64,000 nt of DNA from the human T2T-CHM13v2.0 reference genome, Homo sapiens. The notes below the pieces were generated by a model. That model made no database searches, had not been told where the DNA came from, and saw only the letters and a program-made list of their open reading frames with translations. Below, in pieces: positions 1 through 12,095 of the stretch. Each line of letters starts with the position of its first letter. Position 1 is the first letter of the stretch. The stretch lies in NCBI RefSeq assembly GCF_009914755.1, contig NC_060926.1, one strand, 5' to 3'. Made by a program: the position numbers and the translations under genes.

Positions 1-80
1 GATGAGAATTTAACTCAGGTTTCTCTGGCTTCAAATACCATTCTCTTAAGCTTATTTCAGTGAGGATCATAATATAGATA

Positions 81-165
81 ATGTAAGGTTATTGTGATGA
101 TTAAATGAAATATATAAAGCATTTATCACAGGTTCAACACATAATAAGCATTAGTGAATGGTAGA
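81..165 (+). mobile_element. MIR SINE 3' fragment
   Basis: ggttattgtgatgattaaatga...aaagcatttatcacaggttcaacacataataagcatt resembles the MIR 3' half. Confidence 0.55.
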
Positions 166-1214
166 TCTTATATCTGAAAAGTGCTATAATAGTCTTTATG
201 TCTTATATAGTATTACATGTATGCATCAACGGCCCAACATATTCTCCTTTGGTCATGTTAACCCAAATAATTGGATGTTTTCCCCTACAGAAACATATAA
301 GAGAGTTAATGGAAAAAAAGGATTTGTTTCATAGTCATTTTTGCTGGAACACATAGGTTCTGTAGACAAATTCACACTAGCATTAAATATACAGTTATAT
401 TTCCTTACGTGGTTTTTTAATGCTTAAATATATCCTTTTTTTTCTTGGTGTAAGCACAGTCATAGTTGACACTTAACGAAACTTAGATTTGAATCTTTAA
501 CGTGAGCATTTGACATTAATAGGGATAATCAAAACAAGTGGAAATGTCAGTGCCATGAAGCAGGTGAAGGTCCAGGGACAGCAGGGAGCAGCACAACTGA
601 AGAGAAAAGGGGAACAATCTTAAAGACAGATTCCACCCAAGCTTAGGGACAGAACACCTATTCAGCTAATTCTGTGTTTCACAATAGAGTCAATATGTTT
701 TTTCAGGTAGTTTATCTTTTTTCTTTGCTGGAATGCTGGATTCACTTGTTTTAATAAGAACATTTTATACCCAAAGGTCAATTAATAACTAGCAACCCAA
801 ATAAAGCTTCTTGGTATCTTCTGTCATCAATTCTTAAAACTTCTGGACCATCACCTCTACTCAAAGGATTCTGTTCATTTTTAAAGCAACTTGCCTCCCA
901 TTTCCTGTCATTGGTGGATAATTGGAATTAGCTCCTCAGGAGTCATCATGACGCAGTATAAAGAGGAGTGGAGACCAGGAGTCTGATGGTGACGCTGATG
1001 CTAAATACCTCTGGGAATTCTCCTGGCCTTTATCTCATTCATCCAGTGAGACCCACAGTTTCATCCTGTCCAGAAATTTTATGATTCTAATTAAGAATGA
1101 TTTCTTCATTCTGATTTATTGCAATGAATTAAAGCACACTCAAAGCCTAAATGTGGCTGCATTCCCAAATGCTGCCTCTGGAAACCCTAATCTTAAAAAT
1201 TTTGCAAAACATTT

Positions 1215-1630
1215 AGTTGACCAAATACTCTGAGCAACTACAATGCAGTGTGTCATTGCTTAACACTCTGGAGGATACAGAGTGCAGTACCAACCCTCAT
1301 GGATTTTTTAGTTTAGTTGATGAGGCAAGACACAGACACCAAAAGAATATGCAAATATAAGGCAGAATAAGATCTGAATCGATACCAAAAGTGCTAAGCA
1401 AATAATATGGTAGAGAACAATTCCTCACAAAGAAAAGAGCATGGAACCATTTGCAGGTGAGTTCAAATGCAAGTTTAAGCAAAGTAGAGAGTGTGATAGA
1501 AGGCCAAGCAGATGAGCCAGAAAGGGAGTTTGGCCAGATTGTGAAAACCCTTGAATGCCTGTATAAGGAAACTTGACTTCATTCACCGTGCAATGGGGAA
1601 CCACTGTTAAGTTTTGAATAAGGATCATTT
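1215..1630 (-). mobile_element. L2 LINE 3' fragment
   Basis: caaatactctgagcaactacaatgc...ggatacagag...ccctcatgga and caatggggaaccactg resemble the reversed L2 3' end. Confidence 0.55.
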
Positions 1631-3159
1631 CTAAAGTATCATAAAGGATTTCAAAGTTGTATTTGTCACAACAAAGATGTTTCATGCTTCTGAATGAACT
1701 GCTCAACTTTCAGAATTTGATTTTTATCTCATTTAAATTGAATGGATTGGACAGGTTCTCATAATCACCAAAAGCTTTATTTCAAATATACAAGTCATTC
1801 TTGCAGATATTCCTTTAAGTGACTTTTGCTTCAATTAAGACACTTTCAGCTTAATGTGACTACAGATCAAAATTAGTAGCTAGTGGCAAAGTAAAAGCAT
1901 TAAAGAATTCCAGTCTTTAGAGCTTAACCTTTCTTCTCATTTTTTTTAGCAGCTATCATTTAATAAGAAGCTACTGAGCCATCCCACACCTCTCTACATG
2001 TGTTGCTTATTCATCTTTGCAGTTTTACAATAAAGCTAAAAATACTTTCTTCATCCCAAAAAGACAATTAATTATATTTTAGGGGATGACTGTCCCAACC
2101 ACTTGGGTGGCTGATAGATATTTGTTTTGCAGTATTGAAAAGAACCAAACAAAAAACTTCTAGCATTTGCATCCAACAAGGGTTGGAGAGAGAAGAACTC
2201 TCTATCTATTAGCATGAAACTTTGCTGTTTTCTCTACTGAATTAACTCCAATCATTTTCAAGAAAGAACATTTCAATACATTTTTCTGACAGGTAGGAAA
2301 TTAACTACATACCAGAAGCTATTGAATTCAACTTTAACAGTATCAATAAACATTTCTGATTAAATTATGAAATTGATTTTATAATTTTGACCATTATGTT
2401 TTTACATCAATATCATCATATGACAGTAAATGTAGTTACTGCTTCCTTATTGATCTCAGACATGGCACTCCAAAGTACTCATTTGACTATATTACAAAAT
2501 CAAACTTGATTTCCTGTAGTATTGCAGTAACTTCAGGTCATAATCTAGTCTAAAGAATCAAAATAGATGAATTATTCCGTTATTAAAAGATATATTTTTC
2601 CTTGGAGGAAAAGGAACACTTCGGTCAAGACTTCCCTAATGGTTGTGTTATAGGATATTTCTCCATGTGGAATTACTTTGTGTGGGTCTCACATAAATAT
2701 ACCATCACCTCCCAGCTTATGTGTTATCAATCATGTTTCTGGTGAATAACATAAACACCACTTGAAGAGAAAGAAATGTTTATCCTTCATATATAGGAAT
2801 TCAACAAAAATGCTGTGTTTCCATGACTTTAAAACCTATGTCTTGGTCTCAGCAGCCCAACTCACAAAAATACTACTAATATATTGAGCCATTGCATTTC
2901 CCAGAAGAGCAATGTGTCTCATGTGTCTTTAACTAGATAAATTTTAAAAGCAGACCAAAAGATGAGGCACTGAGTATCTGGCAGAGCTAATACAAAACTG
3001 TGAATTCTCATCCTAGAGATCCAGCCTCCCTCAGTAGGCTCATACAAAGGCATTTCATGCTTGTCAAAACTTTTTCACAAAAGAATTGAGTTTCAAGTCA
3101 TACAATGCAGGCACATGAGGAAAATCTCCCAAATTGCCTAGTTTACTACCTCATTAGGT

Positions 3160-3285
3160 AGCTAAGAAGACCAAGGCCTAGTGTCATTAAGGGACTCATT
3201 GAAGGAGACATTGCTGGTTCATAACAGTACTAGAACTAGACCCCAAGTTTCTTGTCTCACAGCCCAACTCCACTTTTTCATGTCA
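3160..3285 (-). mobile_element. MIR fragment
   Basis: ccaaggcctag...attaagggactc...agaactagaccccaagtttcttgtctcacagccc resembles reversed MIR core/head; degenerate. Confidence 0.4.
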
Positions 3286-3635
3286 GGTATATCCTGATTT
3301 ATAATTTTTGAAATAGCCTATGAGGTGAGAGTTAAAACATTAACCCCAAGACAAATTACATCTACCCCAGAACCAAACATATTAGCCCACACTAGAGAAG
3401 CTCTAAGGCTGGGATTTTTCTTTTTTTAAATCAGATCCTTAGCTCCATGGAAATGGAAATGCTGTTTTAGGACTATTGGAAATCAAAAAGAAGTCTTTCA
3501 TGCATTTCACAAAGGACCAAAGTATTTATTCACAGTGGCTCAAGATATCAAAAAAGATAAATATGCCTTTTCTGTGAGAATCTTTAAGTTTCTGCTATAG
3601 CTCTGAGTCTGGAGGGTCAGATAAGATCCACTCCC

Positions 3636-4051
3636 AGTAACTCGTCATTTAATGTTAGGTATATCTCCAAATGCTATCCTTCCCCCCTCCCCCCACCCCA
3701 CAACAGGCCCCGGTGTGTGATGTTCCCCTTCCTGTGTCCATGTGTTCTCATTGTTCAATTCCCACCTATGAGTGAGAACATGCGGTGTTTGGTTTTTTGT
3801 CCTTGCGATAGTTTGCTGAGAATGATGGTTTCCAGCTTCATCCATGCCCCTACAAAGGACATGAACTCATCACTTTTTATGGCTGCATAGTATTCCATGG
3901 TGTATACGTGCCACATACATAGCACATATATACATATGTAACTAGCCTGTATGTTGTGCCCATGTACCCTAAAACTTAAAGTATAATAAAAATAAATAAA
4001 TACATACATACATACATACATACATACATACATACATACATACAAAAAAAA
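3636..4051 (+). mobile_element. Short 5'-truncated, 5'-inverted L1PA3/L1PA4-type insertion (3'UTR and ORF2 end)
   Basis: About 3636-3916 is antisense L1 3' sequence; 3917-3990 is the sense 3' end (gtaccctaaaacttaaagtataataaaa) followed by an A/(TACA)n tail; TSD aagatccactccc 3623-3635 / aagatcgactccc 4052-4064. Confidence 0.92.
4000..4044 (+). repeat. (TACA)n microsatellite within the L1 poly(A) tail
   Basis: Directly visible tacatacata array. Confidence 0.95.
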
Positions 4052-4197
4052 AAGATCGACTCCCTCTTTACTTCTCTTCATTCTTGCATTGGCATTTGCT
4101 AAATATATCTTCTTGGAAAGGGTTCTGTTATATGGTCAACATTTAAAACCAATGGGAAGAAAAACATCAAATAGTTGACTTCTAACCAATAGGGCTG

Positions 4198-4400
4198 CAG
4201 AATCGTTTAATCAGAAGTAACCATAAATTTCATCTCCTCTAGCCTTCCCCAAAGCAGGAATATCCTGGGTACCATCCAAGAAGATGCCCCTGATCTTTCT
4301 CAGCTTTGGGGCCAGGGGACCTTCTCTTTTCTAGATAGGTCATTCGATTTATGAATACTAGTGAACAATCAAAGCTTTTCCTTATACAGTGCTAAAACTG
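4198..4400 (-). mobile_element. L3/CR1-like LINE 3' fragment
   Basis: cagaatc...gaagtaacc...catct...gcaggaat...catcc...agatg...aaagcttttccttata follows the layout of a reversed L3 end; highly diverged. Confidence 0.4.
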
Positions 4401-5029
4401 ATTTACTGATTGATTCAATGCCTCCAGAAAAAAAAGTTTATCAAAACTAGCACTTTAATAGAAGTAAATCTAGCCCTAGATATTAGTCTCCTATTTTATT
4501 GTAAGAATATCTTCCTGCTTTAGTTTGTGCAAGATAAGCAACTCTCTGAAAGGAAAGATACTTTATGAAGCTTGGAAGAGACAAAACAACAGGAATCTAA
4601 TATTTTTTAATTTATGAGAGTGAATATTGGGTTTCTACAGAGCAAGAGACTCCGAAACGGCATGGTGGTGACAGGGCATAGTAATACCTGTTGCTCCAAG
4701 ACAATCATAGACGCTACTCTCACTAGGATGATACCTATTGGTTGCTTTACCAAGGACCACTTATTGAATGCACAGGTTCTTGAGATAGAAAGGGTAATTC
4801 AAGTATGTATTTGTTAGGCCACTTGATGCGTTGTCTTATGTGTGTCTAATGTTCCATGAAATCTTCGGTGACAACATGAGCATAATCCCTCCTCTGCAAA
4901 ATCCATGAGCCAGTGGGAGAAACAGCCAGGTAGATCTACAAATAAGAATGCAATTAGTAGATACATGCCAAGAGAAGGTTCAGTGATCAAAAGAAGAGAG
5001 AGAAGAGAGTCCAGTTTCCAATAAGAGTT

Positions 5030-5560
5030 TATCCTTCTTTGCTTCTCTTGTCTGGATTACAGCAACTGGCCTTCTAACAACCAATTCTATTCTATTCCAC
5101 TCAAATGTATCTTCCACCTGGTTCTTAATGATCTTTCTAAAATCCTATCCTGATTATGCATTCCCTTACCCTCAGGTGAAAGTTCATGCTCCTTGGCATG
5201 ATACACAAACCCACTGATAAGACAGTTCCTACTCTCCTCTAGCCACTTTCCTCAGTACCAGCCCCACCTTACATCTTGTCCTCCAGCCATATTCACCTCC
5301 GTGTGGATGCCCAGATACTCAGGGTTTGCTCACCCCTTAGTCTTCATCTGCAGGGCGTTCTTCACTAAGGATTATAGTCTTGTTTTGTATTCTTCATGGA
5401 AAAAACTCTAAGTGAAGCTTCAGGTTTCAGCCCAGGTATTATCTTTTCAGGAAGCCATTCTGACCCTCCTGGCCGGGGTCTGGCATTTCTCTTCTAGGTT
5501 CAAACGCGCCTGTGCTTACCTTGATAATAGATGGTAAGCTATTGAAATCCTATAGCTATT
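5030..5560 (+). mobile_element. L2 LINE fragment
   Basis: tctggattacagcaac...gatctttctaaaatc...ctccagccata...caggaagccattctgacc are typical of the L2 3' region. Confidence 0.6.
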
Positions 5561-5624
5561 ATGGTCCATACCATATAGATGATCAGTTTTGTGACTACCT
5601 TATCCAAAAACAAAAAAGAAAAAC

Positions 5625-5753
5625 AAGGAGGAAGAGAAGAAGAGGGAGGAGGAGTAGAAGAGGGAGGGAGAAGGGAAGAAGGGAAGAAGGGAAGAAGGGA
5701 GGAAGGGAGGAAGGGAGGGAGGAAGGAAGGAAGGAAAGAAAGGAGGGAGAGAA
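5625..5753 (+). repeat. Polypurine low-complexity tract (GGAA/GGAG/GGGAAGAA units)
   Basis: About 129 bp containing a single pyrimidine. Confidence 0.95.
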
Positions 5754-6705
5754 TGTGCCTATTTTGTGGATTATTACTACAGAGTAAATAAAATAACATT
5801 ATTTAAACTTATAACTCCCATAGATCTCAACATAGCTTGTGTTGATAATTATTTACCTGATAAGTATTAATACATGAATGAATGAGTGAAAAGCTGTCAG
5901 TGGCTTTAGTGTCCCCAAGGAGTTTTTACAGTGCCCACAGGTTATATTCTGAGCCCTGCCTGCTCAGATGTCCTTTCAGTAACTTAGTGCTATGAAAACT
6001 GCTGTTTGGCTACAGGAGAAGGGCATTCAGCATGCGTTTCCTTGGGTCTAAAATAACTCTGCTGACAGAGGAAAGATTTGGCCTCTCAGATATCATAGGT
6101 AGCACAACTTACCCTTTGGTTGTTACTATATTAAAGTTGATTCAAGGATAGAAAACGGTGGAGAGATTTTCATGGAGCCAGTTTCTACATTAGGAACATT
6201 CACAGGCAAGCTGAAGATGTTTATCCATCCCTTTGTTCAGAAGAGAAGTTGCATTTTTATAAAAATAAATGTTGGTATTCTCCCTAGGTCTCAGAGCTTG
6301 ATGAGAAAGCAACAGGTTCTTTATTTTCCTTCCTCCTTGTTTTTAGCTTTTGTTGTTTTAATGGTTTTAGGTAAACTGCTTATTTAAATTTCACAACAAA
6401 GTTTTCTCTAATAGTGAAGCTTCAGCTTTGAGATTCAAATAGCATGGTGGGTCATAGACCCTTTTCTGTTGTACCTGTGATGCTTCCATAGTGACGGAGA
6501 ATAAGCAACACAAGTGTGGGGCACTGGAAATTCATTCCGGAAGGTAAGAAAACATTTCTTCACACAGAATTTCCTCAAGCATACTTACAAGATCTTAAAT
6601 GAAAATATTAAGCATTTCCTATTATTACTTAGCTTATACTTGGTTGACACTGTATACATTTATCATAACTCTTGGAATACAAATTAGGACAGGAGTAATC
6701 TAAAA

Positions 6706-7006
6706 CAAGATTTGGCACATCTCTGTAAAGAGTCAAGATAGTCAATATTTTAGGCTTCACAGGCCATACAATCTTTATTGCAGCTTCTATACTCAATTCT
6801 ACCATTGTAGCAGGAAAGCAGCCACAGACAATATGTAGACAAATGAATGTGACTGTGTTTCCAGAAAACTTTATTTATAGACATAGAAATTTACATTTCA
6901 TGTAATTTTCCCGTGTTATAAAATTTCTTCTTTTGATTTTTTTCTTAACCATTGAAAACCTTTCTTGGCTGGATTGGGGCTGTAGGCCGTAATTTACCCA
7001 CCCCTT
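6706..7006 (+). mobile_element. MER58B-like hAT-Charlie DNA transposon
   Basis: ctgtaaagagtcaagatagtcaatattttaggcttc...aaagcagccacagacaata...tttcatgtaattttc; flanked by NTCTANAN-like 8-mers atctaaaa / ctctataa. Confidence 0.8.
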
Positions 7007-7184
7007 CTCTATAATATACCATATACCTCTGGGCTAAGAGGTAGAAGCCACGCAATATGCAAGTAAGATAAAGGATAAAGATCGGATTGCTTCTTCCCAG
7101 GACTATGGGGTACCTATGAGAAAGCTTAGAGACTCTCTAGGTAACACTATACTAATTCCCATGGAAATGATAAAAATGAATTCA

Positions 7185-7405
7185 AACTTTTTGCATATCT
7201 GTTGTATCTTGCACTTTTCATATGTTACCTTATTTAATCCTCACAGTGGCCATGTAAGGGCATTTAAAATTTTATCCTATTTTACAGAAGTGTAAACCGA
7301 GGCCCAGAAAAGTTGTGTAACTTGCCTAAGATCACACACCAGCCGGCATAGGATTTTCACTCAGTCTCCCTGACTAGAGAGTCTGTCCCCTTTTTACTCT
7401 ACTTC
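7185..7405 (-). mobile_element. MIR SINE
   Basis: ttatttaatcctcacag...cctattttacagaagtgtaaaccgaggcccagaaaagttgtgtaacttgcctaagatcacac is the reversed MIR core. Confidence 0.8.
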
Positions 7406-7489
7406 CAATAGCATAATGTCCCTGGATCTGCCACTCTATTTGGAATTCATAATTTATACCAGCAGGTGGATGAATGGTGTGGGAATTAC

Positions 7490-7900
7490 TGACACTAGCA
7501 TTCAAAGCTTTCTATGGTATCCCTGATCTGGCTTCAATCTTGCTGCCTTTCTCTCCCACTATTCTCCTAGGCGAGCTCTGAATCCTTAAAACATCCTGCC
7601 CCTGTGCTTCTGCCTAGGTCACTTCCTCAGCCTGGCCTCCCAGGCTCAGTTCAAATGCCATCAGTACCATCAGCCTGCCTTGATTTCCCCTCATCTGAAG
7701 CTGAAAGTGATCCTGTTACTGAGTGACACCCAAAATACATTGTACCTCCCTGCTTTCATCAACATTATATTCACTGAAGTTTAGGTCTTATTCACCTACT
7801 GTTAGTTCTTTGAGGACAGAAAAAGTACCTTATAAATCTTTGAATCTTTATATATATTGCATAGGTTGAGTGCTTGATAAATTTGTCAAATGAATTAACA
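7490..7900 (+). mobile_element. L2 LINE 3' end
   Basis: ggctcagttcaaatgcca...gttctttgaggacag...gtgcttgataaatttgtcaaatgaatt. Confidence 0.6.
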
Positions 7901-8874
7901 GTAGAGTATTTCAGGAAAAATGAAAAAAAAAAGGTATCATCCTTAGCAAAATAAAAAATAGAATCTTTAAGATGGACAATGGAAGGATGCTCTCCAACAT
8001 GATTAGACCATTCAGTTTTGTTTCTCACATCTGAAATTCAACTCTCCCTTGGCCATCTGGCTCAACTACATTCATCTAGGAAAAGAGAAGGAGCTTCTCC
8101 CTCTTTAACACTCTCTCCCAAGCATGGACATCCAACTTTTTTAAAAAAAATTCTTGTAGCCCAGCTCAGATTAGTTAAACAAGAGTTTATTAGAGGCTAG
8201 AGGATGACAAGAGGGCTATACACATGGGGAGGGACTAGAAAATGAGATTGGACAAGGTATATACAGTTTACAGCTCTGCAACTTAGCTTAGCAGCAGGGA
8301 AGTGGGCAGTGATTGAGGCCATCTTATGCCCTACTCCTCGCAGGGCATGTAGTGCCTTTAGAGTCTCTGAAATGGACACTCAAGAAACATGGCTCCAAAG
8401 AGATCATAGCTCACACTTACTCTGCTAAGATGTGCCACCAAGACTTTCAGGCGTTTTGTTAGAGAATCTTACTTTTATCAGAAGAATAAGTTCCAGGATG
8501 CCCAACTTCTTTAGGTCATATCTTGGTCCAATGCAAAAAGCTAAAACTTGGAGGGGAAAGGGGAGAAAAACAGAATCTGCTGTCCCAGTTGACAACAGTT
8601 TGAAAGCAGGACCAAGAAGTCCGGGTATGGACCAGACGACATTTAGATTTCTTTCCAGCTTTGGGTCTCTTCAGACCACACATCATGAGATATAGCAGTG
8701 GAAATTAGAACTAACTTTCAATATAAAACTATGAGCAACATTTCAATATGAATGTATTTTCTTTTTTTTTAAACAATAAGAAAATATACTAAATGGTGTT
8801 AAGTGGAAATATTAATGAGATGCTTAAACTTTAGTGAGTTACTTAGAATAGTTGAGAGAGGGAGAGAGAGAGAT

Positions 8875-9010
8875 CAGTTGTGTGACCATGAGCAAGTCTG
8901 TTTCTTCTGGGTTTCCTCATCTGTTAAAATGGAAATAAAATGTTTCCCAGGATTGAGTAAGGATCAAATGAAACAACAGAGGTGAAAGAGCTTTGAAAAA
9001 TAGAAGATAC
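8875..9010 (+). mobile_element. MIR-family SINE fragment
   Basis: tgtgtgaccatgagcaagt...gtttcctcatctgttaaaatgg...aaggatcaaatga. Confidence 0.7.
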
Positions 9011-10329
9011 CCCCAACAAACAAAAAGTAAGGGTTGATTATGAGCTAAATGCATTATAGACCCAGGAGACTAAGGCAGACTCAACCTCTTGGGCAAACAG
9101 CAGTCCAACAGGTGTCTTGAGTAAGGGTTGAGGTTGCATTCTGATTAACCCACGTGAAGTTTTTACATCATCTAACGCAATATGATACACCTAAGCAGAG
9201 CCCCTTGAAGGCCAAATTGGGTCTCTGGTTTCCTGTTGTTAGGACTGTGTGTTTTTCATTAATTTCAGTGACCTTTGCAATTTCTCATCTAAGGAACGCA
9301 GGGGAGGAAGGTCCATAAGGAAGACTGGAACAGAAGAAGGGAGAATTTTTAATACTAAAGCAAAAAGACATTAAGTTTTGCAAAGGAGTAGATTACAAAA
9401 CAAAAACAAACCCATTAGGTTAGTTAAATAAGCAGGTCATTGAGACTTGCCAAAGCACGTAATGAAATAGATAAGAACAAGTTTTGGGGAGTGGTTTTCT
9501 TGTTTGGTTTGTCCCCCAAAGGAAATATCTGGCAGGATTCTCTGCCTTGTAATTAATTTATCCTGTGGTTGATATCTTTGCTCAGTTTTATTGTATAAAT
9601 AAAACAAGGAGCCAAATCTAATTTACATGGCAATATGTCATACAATTCCTATTAGAAGAGACAGGAGTAGTGGAGAATTATTCTTTGAATATTGTTTTTG
9701 TAAGGCCACTAGTACAGATTTTTAAAAAGAGATAGGGAGACTATTTGCAGAGAAAACACTAACCCAAGACCAAAGCAAGAAAAGAGCTCTGGTTTAGACT
9801 TGTTTGGTTTGAAAAGTAGCATTTGGTTCAGCGTAACTAGCAAGATAACCAGGCAAATGATTCATCGGGCTTGTAACTCAGCAGGTGCATCACTGTGCAT
9901 ACCGCCAAAGAACCGTTCATGACTCGTTTCAAGCTGTGACTTTCTCTGTGTGGCAAGAACAAGAGGGGAATATCAGGTGCTCCAGTTTCCTGCTATGGGT
10001 GCATCTCACCTCATTCTGTTCAATTCTACTCAGAAAATATTTATCAAAATACTCATTCTGTGCTGCTAAGTTTTACTGGTTGCTGGTCGGAATGAAAATA
10101 GAGGTGAAAAAAGTGAGAATTTAAAAAAAGAGAAACTATCCCTGCACTCAAGGATTTTAATCTAATTAAGAAAAAAATCTGGTTTCCCTTCATGAAAAAA
10201 AAGATTCAATTATAAGGCAGTGTACAGTAGTACAAATCCAAAACCAAGGACACGGAATATGGCACTAAAGAGAAAGACAAAACTAAATATACACTCTGGA
10301 CCAACATTTGATTTAATAATTATATGTGT

Positions 10330-10500
10330 GTGTATAAAATATGCATACATACAGAATAAAAAAGTTACACATTCAAATGTTAATACTGGTTATCTCTGGA
10401 TATGGGATTACAAGTAATTTTTTTTCTTATTTATGTAATTTTTTACTTTAACTCCTTGCATTGAACAAAATTCATATTTGAAACCAGGAAAAGAAATTTT
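10330..10500 (+). mobile_element. Old L1ME-type 3' end fragment
   Basis: aaatgttaatactggttatctctggatatgggattacaagtaatttt resembles L1ME4-like 3' ends. Confidence 0.5.
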
Positions 10501-11275
10501 AAAAATCCATGTATATATATAGACAGGCATCAAACACATGTGGCAAAGGTGAATGCTGTGGGAGGAATGAGGAAATGTCCTTTAGGATTATGACTGGGAA
10601 GGGCAGAGGACCTGGAAGATGAGTGTCCCCTCATAGAAATCCTGGGAGGGGAGACCCTCCACCTGAGAGACCTGTGTGAGAAGGAGTGGACAGTCACCTC
10701 TGAAGTCTACAGGTAAGATGAGAGGACACCATGGAGAATTCTGAATTTAGACAAAAACATCAGGATTGCATAAAGGCGAGTGGCTGGTGAGCCTGCCTCA
10801 GGAGCATAACTGGGATTGAAATGATTCATGATGCAACAGGAGCAAATGATATCATTTTGATCAGCCTGTTAGCATCCTGTCTATGCACCCCTTCTGAGGA
10901 AGACCCCGTGTCTTCAGGCATGAATCCTGGACCTTCTCTTAGGTTGCTTGCAATAAACAGTAGAGAAAGCTGAAAATTAGAATGAGCAGAGTCAGGGTCA
11001 AGTTTTTGGCATTTAGACTTTTAAAAGCAGGGGAATCAACAGCTGGAGAGAAGGATCTGATTCGAAAGAAGGTAAATGAGGATGAAGGAGTTAGGAACTA
11101 CCTAGGCTGGATTTGGAGAGGGATTTTTGATAGGAAGTTGAGAAAATAAAATGAATTATTTTCTTGAGACACCAGCTGCTATCCCTATGGAGGTCACTGT
11201 GCATAACAGAAGTAGGGGGAAAAAGGTAGTCTCTTGTACATTAAGAATGCTCTTCTACTGTGGCATCTTCTAAGA

Positions 11276-11497
11276 CAGGGATAAGTTTTTCCCACAAAGG
11301 GCCAGATTGTAAATGTTTTCAGCTTTAAGCACACTACATAATGTTTGTCACAACTACTCAACTCTGCCGTTGTCACCCAAAAGCAGCCATAGGCTACATA
11401 AACAAATGTGGCCATGTTTCAATAAAACCTTATTTAAAAAAAAAAAAAAAAAAAAAAACTTAAAAAAATAATTTGGCCCATAGTTTGCCAACTCCTG
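11276..11497 (+). mobile_element. MER58A hAT-Charlie DNA transposon
   Basis: caggg...aaagggccagattgtaaat...caactactcaactctgccgttgt...tagtttgccaactcctg; 8-bp TSD ttctaaga / ttctatga; internal expanded poly(A). Confidence 0.88.
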
Positions 11498-11969
11498 TTC
11501 TATGATATTTGTAAGATTTATGCATCTTTCTGTTACTATTCCCTGACAGGATGCTCTTTCTTAGAATCTATACTATGCATAGAGAGTGCCATGTGGTATA
11601 TTAGCTATATTCAGGTTACAGCAATCAACAGCCAGTTCTTTCACTGACCCCTTCAGAGGGATTGGGAGCTACAGAACAGGACCCTGACCATCAGAACATC
11701 CTAAGATTACTTGTTGTTTTTGTATGTGATTTCCTGTAGTGATCAGAAGGGAAAGCTTTACAATGAGAGAAGGTTTGTCTTCAGGGGCAAAAAGGAAGAC
11801 AGGAGCTGGCACACTGTGGCTCCTCAGTCCAATTTACGTGAAGAAGAACCTCAGGAAGTAGAAAAGGTGGTGACAGATAGAAATGGCAAATGTAAGTGGC
11901 CTAAAGAAGAAGGCCTGCAGCAGGCTAGTGTCGCTTAGCATAAAAAGTCTATATGGTTACCTTTGAGAG

Positions 11970-12095
11970 CATCACTCACTCAATCAATACCTACAAAGCA
12001 CCTCCTAAGTGCACAGAACTAAGGTAGGTACTGGAGAACAGCCAATAGGAAATGGATGCTGTCCTTCGGGAGCTAGCGTCTTACAGGCAGTGAGA
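11970..12095 (-). mobile_element. L2 3' end fragment
   Basis: cactcactcaatcaatacctacaaagcacctcctaagtgc...gtccttcgggagct resembles a reversed L2 tail. Confidence 0.5.
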
